Made by a program: the position numbers and the translations under genes. The notes under the pieces were generated by a model. The model was not told the origin of the DNA, did no database searches, and was given only the letters and a program-made list of their open reading frames with translations. From contig NC_058368.1 in assembly GCF_018350175.1 (NCBI RefSeq), positions 84,694,001 through 84,758,000 of the forward strand: DNA of 64,000 nucleotides, in the 5' to 3' direction. Every line of letters starts with the position of its first letter. Positions within the stretch are counted from its first letter, which is position 1. Source of the DNA: Felis catus. Lineage: Eukaryota. Positions 36,301 to 48,736 of the stretch are shown here, in pieces.

Positions 36301-39300
36301 GCTTGCATGAGCCTTGGGGACTTTGTCATGTTCCCTCAACTCCTGGATGTTTGAAGGGGGTGATCAAAAACTGCCCAATGTCTAATCCACACTATTGGTG
36401 TTCTGGGGAAGCTCTTGGGTGATTTAAGCAGGTTGGGAATACAAGGCTGGGTCTTGCGGAGTGAGATGAGGAATAACTCCTGGGGCTCTCTTCTCATACA
36501 ATTTAGTGCATATACCTCCTGGATTTCTGCCCCCCAGGGTCCCTTACTGGGAACCACAGCACTCCTTCTATGTTCAGCAGCTGCTGGTGGAATGATAGCC
36601 CAGCCACTTCAGGACCTTGTATAGATTGGATTCAGGTTCCTCAGGGAATGGGCTTAGGATATCCTTCAGTACCTACAGGGATTATGACATTATTCTTATC
36701 TCCTCTTTATGGTCCCAAGCCTGGGCAACATCCCAGGTTTTGGCTGGTTTTCCTGAACTGCCATGTAAGCTATGGAAGAGATGAGAACATGTGCCCGTGT
36801 TTTCCTTACCCCCTTCATGACAAACTCACCACATTTGCATTTGCTCCTCTTGTGACTGAAAACCTGCTTCCCTGCTTTTAGTTATAAGTATAGCAAAGGG
36901 GGGCTTCTTGGGAGCTGAAAGGAATAGCAGAATCCAGCGTGACCAGATCTACCCATGCAGGAAACAAACAGTGATGGCACCCAGGTAGATCCACACATCC
37001 TGAGGCAGCTCCAACAACTTGGGTTCAGCCTTGCTGACTCCCAAACCCTCTCCATCCTGGGCCATTTGGAGTATTTTCTCCAGACTTCATGCTGCAGCAC
37101 CAGGGTGACACTAAGTGTCCAGAGAGACACTAAGAAAAGGACTGGGGGTTTCTTCAGAGAGGTTTCATACAAGCTTCAGATGGAAGGCCTCAGTGCCTAT
37201 ATGAGACCAGGCATTTTAGGGTGGAAATTATAAAAGGAGAGAATGAGAAGAGCTCCAAAGAATTGCTTATGAATGGCAGAGAGAGTTTGTGTAAGACATG
37301 GAGAAGGAGATTTATTACAGGCACCATGTTGCTCTTTCTGTTTGAATCCTTGCCATCCTTGGAGTTGCCTTCCTTTGGACAAGGCATCAATGAAGTTCAG
37401 TGGCTAATAAAAAGGGCAGTGAAGAGATGGTGGAGGTGAAAACCCATGGCCCTCTGCTCTTGGAATGATGGATCCTGATTAAAGGGTGATGGGTCTTCAG
37501 TTGTGAGTCCTCTGGATCTCAGGCCCTTCACCACTTTAGGCGAGGAGTGGGTCTCATATGTAACACTCAATTGTTCCATCACAGGTTTTCTCCTTGACCA
37601 GGAATTAAGACTGTATCATCCTGACCATTTTCTTGCAGTCACTGTCCCCATGACTGTGCAGGACTTTGCCTGGGTCCCTCCTTGATACTCACATCCATGT
37701 TCCCCTTCCTCCTTTCCCAGATACACTCCATTTCCTTTCCTATGCCAAACTTCAGACTTATATGGTTCTCAAATATGAGGAAAGATGGATGACTTCCTGG
37801 CACCACTAAATCAATCCCTGGTCTATCCTGTTTGGGGAGCACCCGTCATGCAACTGAGAGGGAGAGAGTACTGACAGTGCCCACATATCCAGTTCCTGTT
37901 CTGTCACTGAGATGACCTTCCTTGGGACACACTTTATCCAAAAATAGCCTCAATATTTCCCTTAACCTTTGCAGATAATGAGTGGAAATGAGAGGACAAT
38001 ATTGACTCCAATTACCCAGAATCTCTACGTGAGACACCGGAAAGTGTCCCACAGTGGGGCCACAGAAACACATGGTAACTGCCAGGGATCTCACTAGTCC
38101 TTGAGGGAAACAATGGAGGGCTTTTTCCCTGGGATGGAGTAAGGAATGGTTGCAGAGAGGGCATGAACCACGGTGTATGGGGATAGGACTGGCGCTGTGA
38201 AGCAGGAAAAGTGGGTTCAGAGAGGTACGATGACCCGATGGCCCTGCCACCCAGATAGATGCTTTGTCCTACACCTAACCACTGCCGTGTGACAGGGCAA
38301 CAGTGCTGTGACAACAAGTATGTGAAGCAGGCCCAGCATACCCTTCACACAGGCCTCTAGAACACCTGCTGGAAATGGAACATCTCCAGGGAAGCTGCTC
38401 AGGGCTCTTTCTCATGGAAGCACATTCACACATCAGATTCCACAGGGGTGTGAATGCTGTCATGAGCTAAGGGACATGGCAGGATATGTAATGACCACAG
38501 AGGAAATCTTCTGGGACTTATCCAGCTCAGGGGGTGGTAATTCTGGTAGGGCAAACAGGACAGAAACGTGAAGGTTTGCTACAAGCCCTGTAGATTATGA
38601 CAGAGAGGGTATACCTCTCATCCACTCCTGGCTCAAACTAGAACTTAGTCTCCTGGTTCTCATATCTGGGGGAAGGATGTTTGTTGTCAGGTCATGTGTA
38701 TTGTACTTCAATGACAAGGAAGACCCTAATCCCTCATGCACAGTTCCTGAAAGGTGCTAACCAAGGTGCTAGCCCTGTCAGTCCAAGGTTTGACATTTGA
38801 CAATGGTAAAGGGAGGGAAGCGCTGATTTGGTGGGAAATATGATTTAAAATAGCAAAGTAAGAAACGATGTTCACAAACACAGCTCCCTCAATGCGCATG
38901 GACACAATTTCATTTATAGTATGCTTGTAAACTATGAAAAGAACAAATCAGGCTTCTACACCTGTTTCCCTTTCCTTTCTGGTTTCCTGGCCAGCTTCCT
39001 TGGTCTCCAGAACAGCAGCTGCAAACCCACTGTTCCTGAAGCCCTCTCCCTCTGCTCCTGAGTGCTGTCCCCTACCTTCAGAGTATTCCTCTTCGCTGCT
39101 GGAGTCTGCTATGCTGTCCAGACAAATCTGTAGGAACTGATTTGTATTAGAGATTCAAATATTAGAAATCTTGTTCTTAGTGAGAGGAGCTCACCCACCA
39201 GTCCCACTCAAGTTGAGGTTTCTGAGGGTCATACAGCATCTGCCTGAACTTTCTATTCTGTTCTCAAATATTCATTGGGCTCAGTGGAGGCAGAGCCCTT

Positions 39301-39719
39301 AAAGAAATCATGGATCACAGTTTCAAATGTTCCCATTAGATGGAAAAACTGCCAAAATCACCTTCATACTATCATTTCTACATGCCCATTAGACTTTGCC
39401 CCTGTAAATGTCACATCCAGAAATTCCAACTCAAATTCCAAGTTGAGATGTGGCTAGTGTGAGGAAACAATCAGAAGTTTTATGTTATTTATTATTTTAG
39501 TGTAGGGCACTGTGTTAAAGATTAATTGTGTAAAATTTATTTTAGACTGATTCCACCCTAAATCACAAAAATCCAAAGATGAAGAAGACATAACCTCTGC
39601 TCCTCTGCTCATTCCTCTGACATTAATTGTTGGCCAGATCTGATATTTGATGTGAAAGTAAGTAGTTCCTGGGCTCCTGCCAGGCACCATTTGAGGCCTT
39701 CAGACACCAAAAGAGGAAA

Positions 39720-41007
39720 GCCAACAGCCACTTTCTAGAAGAGTGACCACAGGTTCAATGAAACACCTATCAAAATCACAATATCACTTTCTAGAAATAG
39801 AAAATCCTAAAATACATATGGGAGCACAAAGTTGTCCACATAGTCAAACTATTCTGGAGAATGAAGAATAAGGCAGTGGCTCCATACTTGTGGACAGGAA
39901 AACACATTAGAAATCTGCAGAAAGCAAACACTATGGTAGTGGGATACTTAATACGAGGATAGACCATGGACAAGGATAGAGAGTCCCCACGTAATCTCTC
40001 ACATTTAAGGCATACTCGTCAAGACTACACACGTGCAAGGGTAGTCTCTTCAACAATCCACAGATTGAGGAGACAACCTATAAAAGAAAATATTTCCAAG
40101 TCTTCTATCAGAAAAAAGTGCTTATTTGCAAAATGGGAAGAAAGGGAAACTAACTAATTTGAGAATGGGGAAAAGACTTGAATAGTCATGGCTCCAAGGG
40201 AAAACAAAATCAATGGGCAGCAGATTTAGGAAAAGATACTGACATAACTAATCATGAGGGAAATGCAAATGCAAGGATAATGAGATATCTCTTCATCTGG
40301 TAGCACAGCTAGGATCCAAACCAAAAACCAAAAAAATGGGTGTTGGGAAGGATGGGGGAAATTTTAAGCACTGACCGTGGTTAATCGTAATTTAAAAGGA
40401 AAGACATCATAGAAGACTGTCCTGAGTTTACTCAAATAATGGCAATTAGAACTCCCATAAAATCCAGTAATCATTCATCTGAGTATACAACCAATGAAAA
40501 TGAACTCATTATGTCGAAGTTGTACCTGTGATCTCATATTCATCACAGTATGTACACCATAGCCAGTATATGGAAATTTTAGTACAGTGCCCATCAACAC
40601 AGGAATTTCAAAGAAAAAGTGATATATTCATATGGCATGATATTATTTACCTTTTAGAGGATGAGGACATCCCATGATTTATGGATACAGAAAGTCCTGG
40701 AAGACATTCATCTAAGTGAAATAAGCCAATCTCAGGAAAACAAATACTGTCTGCACTTACATGAAGATTGGAAAATAGTCAAGGACTCCTAGTAGCAGAG
40801 TGCAGATGGGGGGTTGCCAAGAGATTGGGGAGGAGGAAAAGGGGGGGGGCTATTCCATTATTGTGGAGAATTTCTCCTGTTATATGGAAGAGTCTGGAAA
40901 CATCCTGCACAACCCTGTGTATCAATTTAACAATAATGCACTGTCTTCATGGAAACATGTCATGTTCCCTGTGTTTTACCACAAAAATATAAATAAAGTA
41001 TAAATTT
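39720..41007 (+). mobile_element. Ancient L1M ORF2 3' end and 3' UTR
   Basis: tagaaatagaaaatcctaaaatacatatgg, aaaagacttgaatag, ctaagtgaaataagcca; A-rich end near 41000. Confidence 0.8.
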
Positions 41008-41020
41008 AAAAAAGTGCATT

Positions 41021-41227
41021 TCCCTTCCTTTATGTTCATCTGTTTTGTCTCTTAAAGTCCTCATATGAGTGAAGTCATATGATTTTTGTCTTTCTCTGAC
41101 TAATTTCACTTAGCATAATACCCTCCAGTTCCATCCACGTAGTTGCAAATGGCAAGATTTTATTCTTTTTGATTGCCGAGTAATACTCCAGCTAACTAAT
41201 TTGGAGGTAAATTTTAAAAAATAAAAA
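41021..41227. mobile_element. Short 5'-inverted (twin-primed) felid L1 3' insertion
   Basis: 41021-41190 matches the antisense L1 3' UTR at 20884-21057; then the sense L1 terminus gctaactaatttgga and an A tail; TSD aaaaaagt(g/a)catt at 41008-41020 and 41228-41240. Confidence 0.85.
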
Positions 41228-41299
41228 AAAAAAGTACATTACAGTGGGAAGGGTCATAGAGGTTAATGGAGAGAAATTACAGGAAGCCTGTTTGTCCAG

Positions 41300-41412
41300 G
41301 TGCTGATGATTTGTACACAGGTCTCACACCAACAAGGTGTCCCTGTCCTTTCTCATCCACATTCAACAAGGAGACCAATACCGTGGTAATAAGTGTGGCA
41401 AGGTGAGCTCAG
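41300..41412 (+). pseudogene. Degenerate DEFB1-like exon 2
   Basis: tttgtccag|GTGCT gives GADDLYTGL (cf carnivore DEFB1 GAGFLTG), then PCPFSS and, after a frameshift, ET-YRGNKCGK (cf PCPLF...GTCYRGKAKCC). The C1-C2 segment appears deleted. Confidence 0.45.
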
Positions 41413-42111
41413 GTAATACAGGTTCTCCTGATTTTGACTCTTTGTAATGAACTGTCAATAATTGAAATTATGCTCTACAGATAAGATTTCTAGGACAACC
41501 TTGCTTCAACTAGGCAGTTTCTGGAGTATATAATAATATTTAAAAATGCGGTAATCTCTCTTTTTTTTTGTTTATTTGTGGAAACAGGCATAGGGAAATC
41601 AAATTCTATCAAAATAGATATTTTTCAAAAGATTTAGCCTCTAAGTCGTAATTAGGTTCTATTTATATTCATATTGTCTTATGAGAACTACATTAAGTTT
41701 TTTACTTGCAAAAGCCTTCAGACTTCATCAAGCCCCTCGTTCCACTTGCAGATGGACAGGAATGTGTATGGGAATTCTCCCTTCACATTGGTGAGGTTCT
41801 CTTTCCCCACCTTGCAGTACAAAAATTACCCTGCAGTTCTCCTTGGAAGAAATCCAAGTGTTCATACTGATGTCCCATCTCTGAAGAAGACTTTGTTCAT
41901 CTCTTTGAATTACACTTTTTGCCCAGCACACAGAACAACAACTAGGGTCAGTGGTGGGTGCCTGATTTTCCATCTGAGAAAGACAGGTTTATTCTCAGCA
42001 ACAGTATCCAAAGATAAATGTTAGATCCCATTCTAAGCAAGTGGATACAGAAGGAGTGGCTTCTTCCCAACTAGTCCTAGCAGTCCTAACTAGTCCTACC
42101 TGCTTTCTCAG

Positions 42112-42252
42112 ATTCCTACCAGATCTGGGTGTGGCAGGTGGCTTCCCCAAAAGCCACCTGCAGAGGGAAAAAAACCTGTCCCAGCACCCTGTGACTTGAC
42201 TGACATTGGGAAGACTCATTGTGGAGCCTGAGATGAAGAGTGTTGTGTGTGA
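42112..42252 (+). pseudogene. Degenerate beta-defensin-like exon
   Basis: ctttctcag acceptor, phase 1: DSYQIWVWQVASPKATCRGKKTCPSTL*, then shifted DIGKTHCGA*DEECCV*. Pattern C-x5-C...IG-x3-C-x6-CC. Confidence 0.45.
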
Positions 42253-42407
42253 GTAAAGTGGCAAGACCAATCATGCCATGAGACCTACCAGGAGGTGAAG
42301 TCCTATTGTCAGACTCTGTGACAGATATTGTACAATGGGATATTTGTTTTCCTGGTACATTGGCATGTGTTGGGCACACAATGAACAAATTTAAATTGTA
42401 CTATTTG

Positions 42408-42620
42408 AGGGCAGCTGGGTGGTTCAGTCAGCTAAGCAACTGACGTCAGCTCAGGTCTTGATCTCATGGTTTGTGAGTTTGAGCCCTTTGTCTAACTCTG
42501 TGCTGACGGCTCTGAGCCTGGAACCTGATTCAGATTCTGTGTCTCCCTCTCTTTCTGCCCCTTCCCCGCTCACACTCTGTGTGTGTGTGTCTCTTTCTCA
42601 AATATAAATAAATATATTTT
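42408..42620 (+). mobile_element. Can-SINE
   Basis: gggcagctgggtggttcagtca head, gattctgtgtctccctctct, A-rich tail. Confidence 0.92.
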
Positions 42621-43038
42621 TAAATTGCACTATTTGATACACTTTTATATGCATAAACAGTCATAATGTAATGGTGATGGGATTTTTTATTGAGATAGTC
42701 GACACCATTAATTGTAATGTTTAGGGAAGTATATGTACATCTAGGGAAACACATCATACACCAAACTCTTAAACACACAAACACACACACACACACACAC
42801 ACACACTGAGAGTTACAGCACATGGATTCACATGTAGACATACCTATTACCTGCACACAAACCTACACCACCTGATGGTAGTACCACTGCTTCCAGGGAT
42901 GCTAGAATATGACCATAGGTATTTCCTGGAAAACCCCCTTAGACCTCCATGTGTCCAATTTTCATTCGAGCAGGAGCTGGAATCAGGGTGGCTATACACA
43001 ATAAGCCTTCAAGAATGCACCACTTTCTCATCTTCCAG

Positions 43039-43180
43039 ATCTCTCCTCACTAAGTGAATGACTCCAAAATACATACTGCTTTCACATTCCAGCACGGTGC
43101 TCTGCAATGTCAGAAAAGAAAACACTATGAGGATCAGATCATGCTGTGTTTTGTTTGCACGGGTCTTTTGTTATCTTAGT
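43039..43180 (+). pseudogene. Degenerate beta-defensin-like exon
   Basis: ctttctcatcttccag acceptor, phase 1: DLSSLSE*LQNTYCFHIPARCSA (C-x6-C; cf DEFB103 LQKYYCRVRGGRCA), then shifted CQKRKHYEDQIMLC (cf EEQIGKC), then VFCYL. Confidence 0.45.
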
Positions 43181-43304
43181 GACAGGAGCAAACCAGATGG
43201 AAAAGAACAGTAGAGGCTAGAGAACCCCAAAGCAAGAGCAGAGCAAACATAGCCATTGAAAAAGGCATCAAATATTCCTACAGAGGTACGTCCCAAGTCT
43301 TTTT

Positions 43305-43538
43305 TAAAAAAAGTTTTAATGTCTATTTATTTTTGAGAGAGAGAGAGAGAGAAAGAGAGAGAAACAGAGTGCAGTTGGAGGAAGGGCAAAGAGAGAGGGA
43401 GACACAGAATCCAAAGCAGGCTCCAGGCTCTGAGCTGTCAGCACAAACACTTATGCAGGGCTTGACCTCATGCACCATGAGATCATGATCTGAGCCAAGG
43501 TTGGACACTTCACCGACTGAGCCACCCATGCACTACCC
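43305..43538 (-). mobile_element. Can-SINE
   Basis: gagacacagaatccaaagcaggctccaggctctgagctgtcagcac, ccgactgagccaccca. Confidence 0.92.
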
Positions 43539-43559
43539 AAGTCCGTTTGGAAAAATGAT

Positions 43560-46500
43560 ATCCAGGAATGAAAATTGGCTGCTGGTGAACAGGTCACTAT
43601 CTTTCAGATGGTAACTGATCCTGCTATTTTTTAAATACCTTTGCAATCAGGTATCCATGGGTAATATACTGTCACTGGACATTCTCCCTATTAAGTAAGT
43701 TGTATATACCAACAGATGTACACATGATAAGAGTTTTATATGTTAATTCTATGTAAAGAGAAGTAAAGAATTCTTTATTCTTACACAAAGAAAGGCAAGC
43801 TTACCTTGGCAGTTGATGTGGTGTCTCCATCTCTGCTGTCAATGGAGACTACTTTCATTAGGTCATTGAGCTAACCTAAGAAGATACGCAGATAGTTTCA
43901 GGATTCCACTGGGACTGGTCAGGAATTGTTCCAGGGGCTTTCTTTGATGGGGTCATGGACACAAGTATATGGAGATTGGTGGTTAAGGAGTATCAACTGA
44001 ACTGCTGCTGGGCCATCCTTGATAGATAAAGGAAGGTAATGGAAAGGAGTAGGGAAGGAAATGGAAAAAGAGCCTCTTAATTTTAGCTGCAGGGAATCTG
44101 ATCAATGTTAAATATTGGAAACAAGGCAAAATACTGAGATGCATGCTATGTTTTGCTGATGGAGTTCTATGACTGTACTGCCTGTTTGAAGTTCAGGAAA
44201 TGATCCTATGTTTGGACATTTTCAAGTCAATGTCTTTGTCTTGGTTGTGCAGGAGATATGCAACCAGGGTGGTGGGAACAATCCTCACTTCCAAGCTTTG
44301 CTCTGGATTCCTATTTACCAGGGTCCCTTCAGTGTGCACTACAAACTTTGAGTACATCTTAAGGCTTATGATACTGTTATGAAATTGACAAGAAATCTTC
44401 CTGATTCTTCTCTTCTTAGACCCCAAATGAGAGATGCTCCTAGATGTGAAAGATGTTGGGCCATTTATTTCTCCTCTATCTCCATATACAGAAAGGGAAT
44501 ATGAAACAAACTTTCAGGTGCAGCTGTGCTGAGTGAACAACATACTGTTGTAGGCAGTGTGTGCAGAGAGCATGACTTATAGTCCTGGAAATTGGACACC
44601 TGCATCGTTCTGTGTAAGTAGCACATATCTTCCGGAGAAACACACACTCCACACACCCACACACATATCACATAAACTCACACAGAAACAACCCACGACC
44701 CTCATACACAAAAACCACATCACCTAAAAGGCCTATGTGCTGTCAGGAACTATAGAACATGATTATATTGTTTTACCATACAATCCTTTTTTACTCACCA
44801 AACCCTACAATTCACTCCCAGCAGGAACCCAGAAATCAGGGAGTCTCTCCAGACCAAAACAGATGAAAAATCCCCACCTTCATCATCAGCTAGTATTGTC
44901 CTCAAGAAGTCACCAGTTCTAGAATATGTATAATAAAGAGTTACTGTAGCCTCATCCTGCAATTACAGAGAAGGCAATGCTCCGAGGGTCACACCATCCT
45001 GTGCACAGGGTTTGCTCATGGACTCTATTCTCTTGGTGATGTTAGCAACTGGTTGGGATGCAGTTTTTGAGTCAATGACTTCAAACAATCATACAAAGGT
45101 GACCTGTGAAAAGGCTCCAGTTTTCAAGGTCACATCTCACTAGTCACTTTCATCAGCAAATATAAAATTCTTTTCTACAGAGGAAAATTATCTCCTGACA
45201 GATATTCACTAACATACAGTTTCTCACTGGTAGTGTAATTATTATTTCTTTTCCCATGAGAAATCATGTCAGTTGGTGATAGAATCTCAGAAAGAACCAT
45301 AAACTGCAGTAAATTGTATATAACCTCTTGGGTGGATATGCACAGAAGTTCATATCTTAATTCCATTGAAATTGAAGTAAAACAATAGTGCTCTTTCAGA
45401 GACAGAAAATATCCTTATTTTCTATGGTAATTATGTAGTAATTATGTAGTAGTAATTATGGTAGTAGTAATTATGGACTGTGCTGCAGCTGGGCATTCTC
45501 TAGGGGGACAAAGGATTGCACAGAGGAGGAGCAGGAAAGACATCGGCAACAGGGCTTTTGTCTTTCTAGCAAAGATGATCCTGATGAAGGTGAGATAGTT
45601 AATGAAAATTGTGGAAACCTTGACATGCCTTGTCAGTCAAGATTGAGTCTCATAGTCTCTCTTGATTGCTTGAAGTTCACCCAAGTTATCACTGTCTGCC
45701 TCTTTGAAAATATGTTCTTCCCCCAGAATCCCCATCATGTATTTGCTAGGATTTTGTATTCATCATATCTAATTTGGAATTTGTACTTGACGAAAAGCAA
45801 CCTTGAATGTGAAGCTGTATTTCATCCTAGGAAAAGAAGCCTCTTAAATTTCCACACTAATCATTTGTCATAGAGATTATTACATCTACAAACCTTGAAA
45901 ATACTGACATCCCATCGGGTGAAAGGAAAAACTATCGATTCCTTTTATACACTCCTTCCACTTTTCCTTGGTCTATATAATTTATGTGTGTCCTGTAAGT
46001 TAGTGCCTGTCCATCATGGCCCACGGCATCCAACAAAAGAGAAGTTTGTTACAGAGTGGAGGCCTGGAATGAGCACTGAAAATCTCTAACATTGCTGTGC
46101 AGGAGGTTCGAAATAGGCGTTCTAGACATGTAGCTTACCACCCAGTTTTAGAATTCCTATTTTAGAATGGCTTATGGATGTGTGTTTGCAGTATTGTAGT
46201 ATTTCTTTCCTTTTTGTTTCATGTTTACTTCTTTAGTTTGAGAAAATGCATGAGAGGGGAAGAGCAGAGAGAGAATGAGAGAGCATCCCAAGCAGGCTCT
46301 GTGCTGGAAGCACAGAGCTTGACACAGGTCTTGATCTCCAGAACCGTGACAACATAACCTGGGCTGAAATAAAGAGTAAGATGCTGAACTGACTGTGCCA
46401 CAAAGATCCCGTAGAATTGGTGCATTTTCATTGCTTATGGTAATGTTATCAAATACAGTAAGTTATCTCTCTCTTCCTTTTCTGCTATTGGCCATGTGTA

Positions 46501-47760
46501 AGCAATGACTCCAGCTATGAAAGATGTGGACCTGCACTGTCCTCCATGCAATGCCACACTTTCTAGAATCTCTGGGCTTACCAGAAGAATGTGGCCTTTC
46601 TATGTGCATTTGAAACCATCGAAATGCCCAAGTCATCTTCACTTACTTATGTACCCTCCTTATGTGAACATGCAGGCCACTGTGTATGTTTGGGAAATGT
46701 TTGGGACCTTGTAAAGTCTAGTATTCCCAGGAATGTACACATTGTTAAAATTCTTTTGCTCTGTGACTAATGGTGCCATGGCTGAGTGCTAGGTGCAGAT
46801 CAGTTGTCCAGAGCAACTGACTCCTGGGTTAAGACCTTGGTTCTCCATGTAAAAGGGCAAGGTTTGGGGTCATACAGCATACATGGTCACAGTGCTTTAC
46901 TGGACAATCTCTCTCAGTAAAACATAACCATTATTCCCAGGAGGAACCCAGAATCAGGATGCAACCTTCTTTATCATTTAGAGTTTTCCACAACAAAAAG
47001 ATTTTCCTGAATATGTACAGTTTTCCTTTGTCCCAGCTTTGACCTATAGTTGAGAAAATGAAACACAATGAAGATCACATCATCTTATACACTGTTGGCA
47101 CAGGTCTTCTGTTTGGTGAAGATCAGGAAATAAAAGGATACAGTAGTTAAGTCATTACCCACCCACAAGTTAAAGAAACACATATAAGGCTCTTGAGCTT
47201 TTTATGGCAGATCTGTCAAGTTCATTCTCATCAGCAAACACAAAATTCATTTTAGGAGGAACATTTTCTGCTGAGAAAAGTGTTCGCTTGCATATAGTTT
47301 TTAATGGGGGCTGTCATGTTTTAGTGCCCTTTCGTAGCTGCTGTCACTTGGTAATAGACTTTCACTCAGCATTCCCCCATGCAAGGAAACTGCATATCTC
47401 ATCTCTAAGGTTCGTTGTCAGATTTGTTTCTCTGAATTTGATTGAAAAGGTAATAAATGAAGCAACATTTCTACCTCAGAGAAAGTGAGATGAGTTTACC
47501 TTGGAAAGAGATGGGACCAGTTCTGACATGTCTCTGGGAAGGTCTTCAGATGGCCCCGCTGTGGCATCTAAGAGGACACAGAGTACCTGTTAGGACATTG
47601 GCTGTGCTGCTCAGGAATTACTCAGGGAGTTTGCTTGATGTGGACACAGAGCCACAGTGCATGAATGTAATTCTTGAACAAGCAAGGCCTGAGCTGCTGC
47701 TGGGCCAACCTCCTTGGTGGAGAAAGAAAGAGGAGAGAAACAAGAAGGAAATGAAAAAGA
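43560..47760. repeat. Ancient three-unit local duplication containing two 213-nt exon-like segments
   Basis: 43700-43800 ~ 45313-45420 (agtt(t/c)atat(g/c)ttaattc...gaagtaaa); 44823-45200 ~ 46942-47280 (aggaacccaga; tcatcagcaaa(t/c)a(t/c)aaaattc); 43801-44020 ~ 47496-47715 (ttaccttgg; tcaggaatt; ctgctgctgggcca). Confidence 0.7.
46215..46410 (-). mobile_element. Can-SINE, diverged
   Basis: gagagcatcccaagcaggctctgtgctg, actgactgtgccac. Confidence 0.8.
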
Positions 47761-48039
47761 GAGTCTTTGCTTTCAAGCCAAAGGAATCAACTCGGTGTGA
47801 AATCATCAGTCTCAAATAGGGAAACAGTGCACAATGTGTTTCCGTGAGGGAGTCCCCTGACTCATCCTGCCCACTTGAAAAGACAGCCACTAATTCACCT
47901 GTCACAGGACAGTTTCAGCTTCCAGGCCTGCATATATGCATATATGTCATCTATTCTGTTCGGTTATTAGGCTTATATACGATGAAATGCACATCAATTT
48001 GATCCTTCTATTACTGTGCAAGTACACACTCAGTGTCAC

Positions 48040-48460
48040 TGTTTACATGAATAATGCTGTGTACTCAGCACCAGCATCTACATCAAAGGCATTTCCATTC
48101 TATCTTAAATAACCTCAGTACCCATGATGAAATGACTCTCTCGTCCCAATGCTCCACCCATTCTACTTTCGACTTTCCGAGTTTATGAAATTGTCCATGG
48201 TAGTTTCCTCATATAGGTGTATGTCTTTCCGTGTGAGCCTTCTTTCAAAAAGCATCTTATTCAAGGTCCAGCCATTTTGTAGCATATTGTAAAACTTACG
48301 AATTTTTAAGACTGAATAGTTTTCCATTGTGTGCATGGATGCTATTTTATTCTTCCTCTCATCACTTGATGTACTTTTGGGTGGTGTCTCTATGGCTACC
48401 ATGAATACTGCTGTCATGAACATTTGGTGCACAATTTCTGTTACTGTAATGGGGATACTT
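48040..48460 (-). mobile_element. Ancient L1M 3' fragment
   Basis: ttcaaggtccagccattttgtagcat, gactgaatagttttccattgtgtg, atgaatactgctgtcatgaacattt. Confidence 0.7.
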
Positions 48461-48559
48461 GTTATTCTGCATTTGTCAATCACATAGAATCCTAAAGCAG
48501 ATAGAATGTCTTTCAACAAAACTGTGGAGATGACCTCAGAAGAAGTACCCATGTTTTTC

Positions 48560-48562
<3 letters not shown>

Positions 48563-48604
<42 letters not shown>

Positions 48605-48721
48605 TATATCATAATATATATCATTATATATCACTATATATATCATATTACAATATATATATCACTATATATCTCACTGTATATATATATATATATATAT
48701 ATATCTCATATATATCTATAA
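48563..48721. repeat. Compound (TA)n-rich microsatellite
   Basis: Seen directly. Confidence 0.95.
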
Positions 48722-48736
48722 TACCCACATGTAAGA

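Noticed and set aside
43127..43190. MRIRSCCVLFARVFC as a defensin signal peptide
   Set aside because: No donor site at the expected position; it overlaps the better exon-2-like reading.
44253..44351. EICNQGGG...IYQGPF as another defensin exon
   Set aside because: Only one cysteine; indistinguishable from chance. The same applies to 46778-46830.
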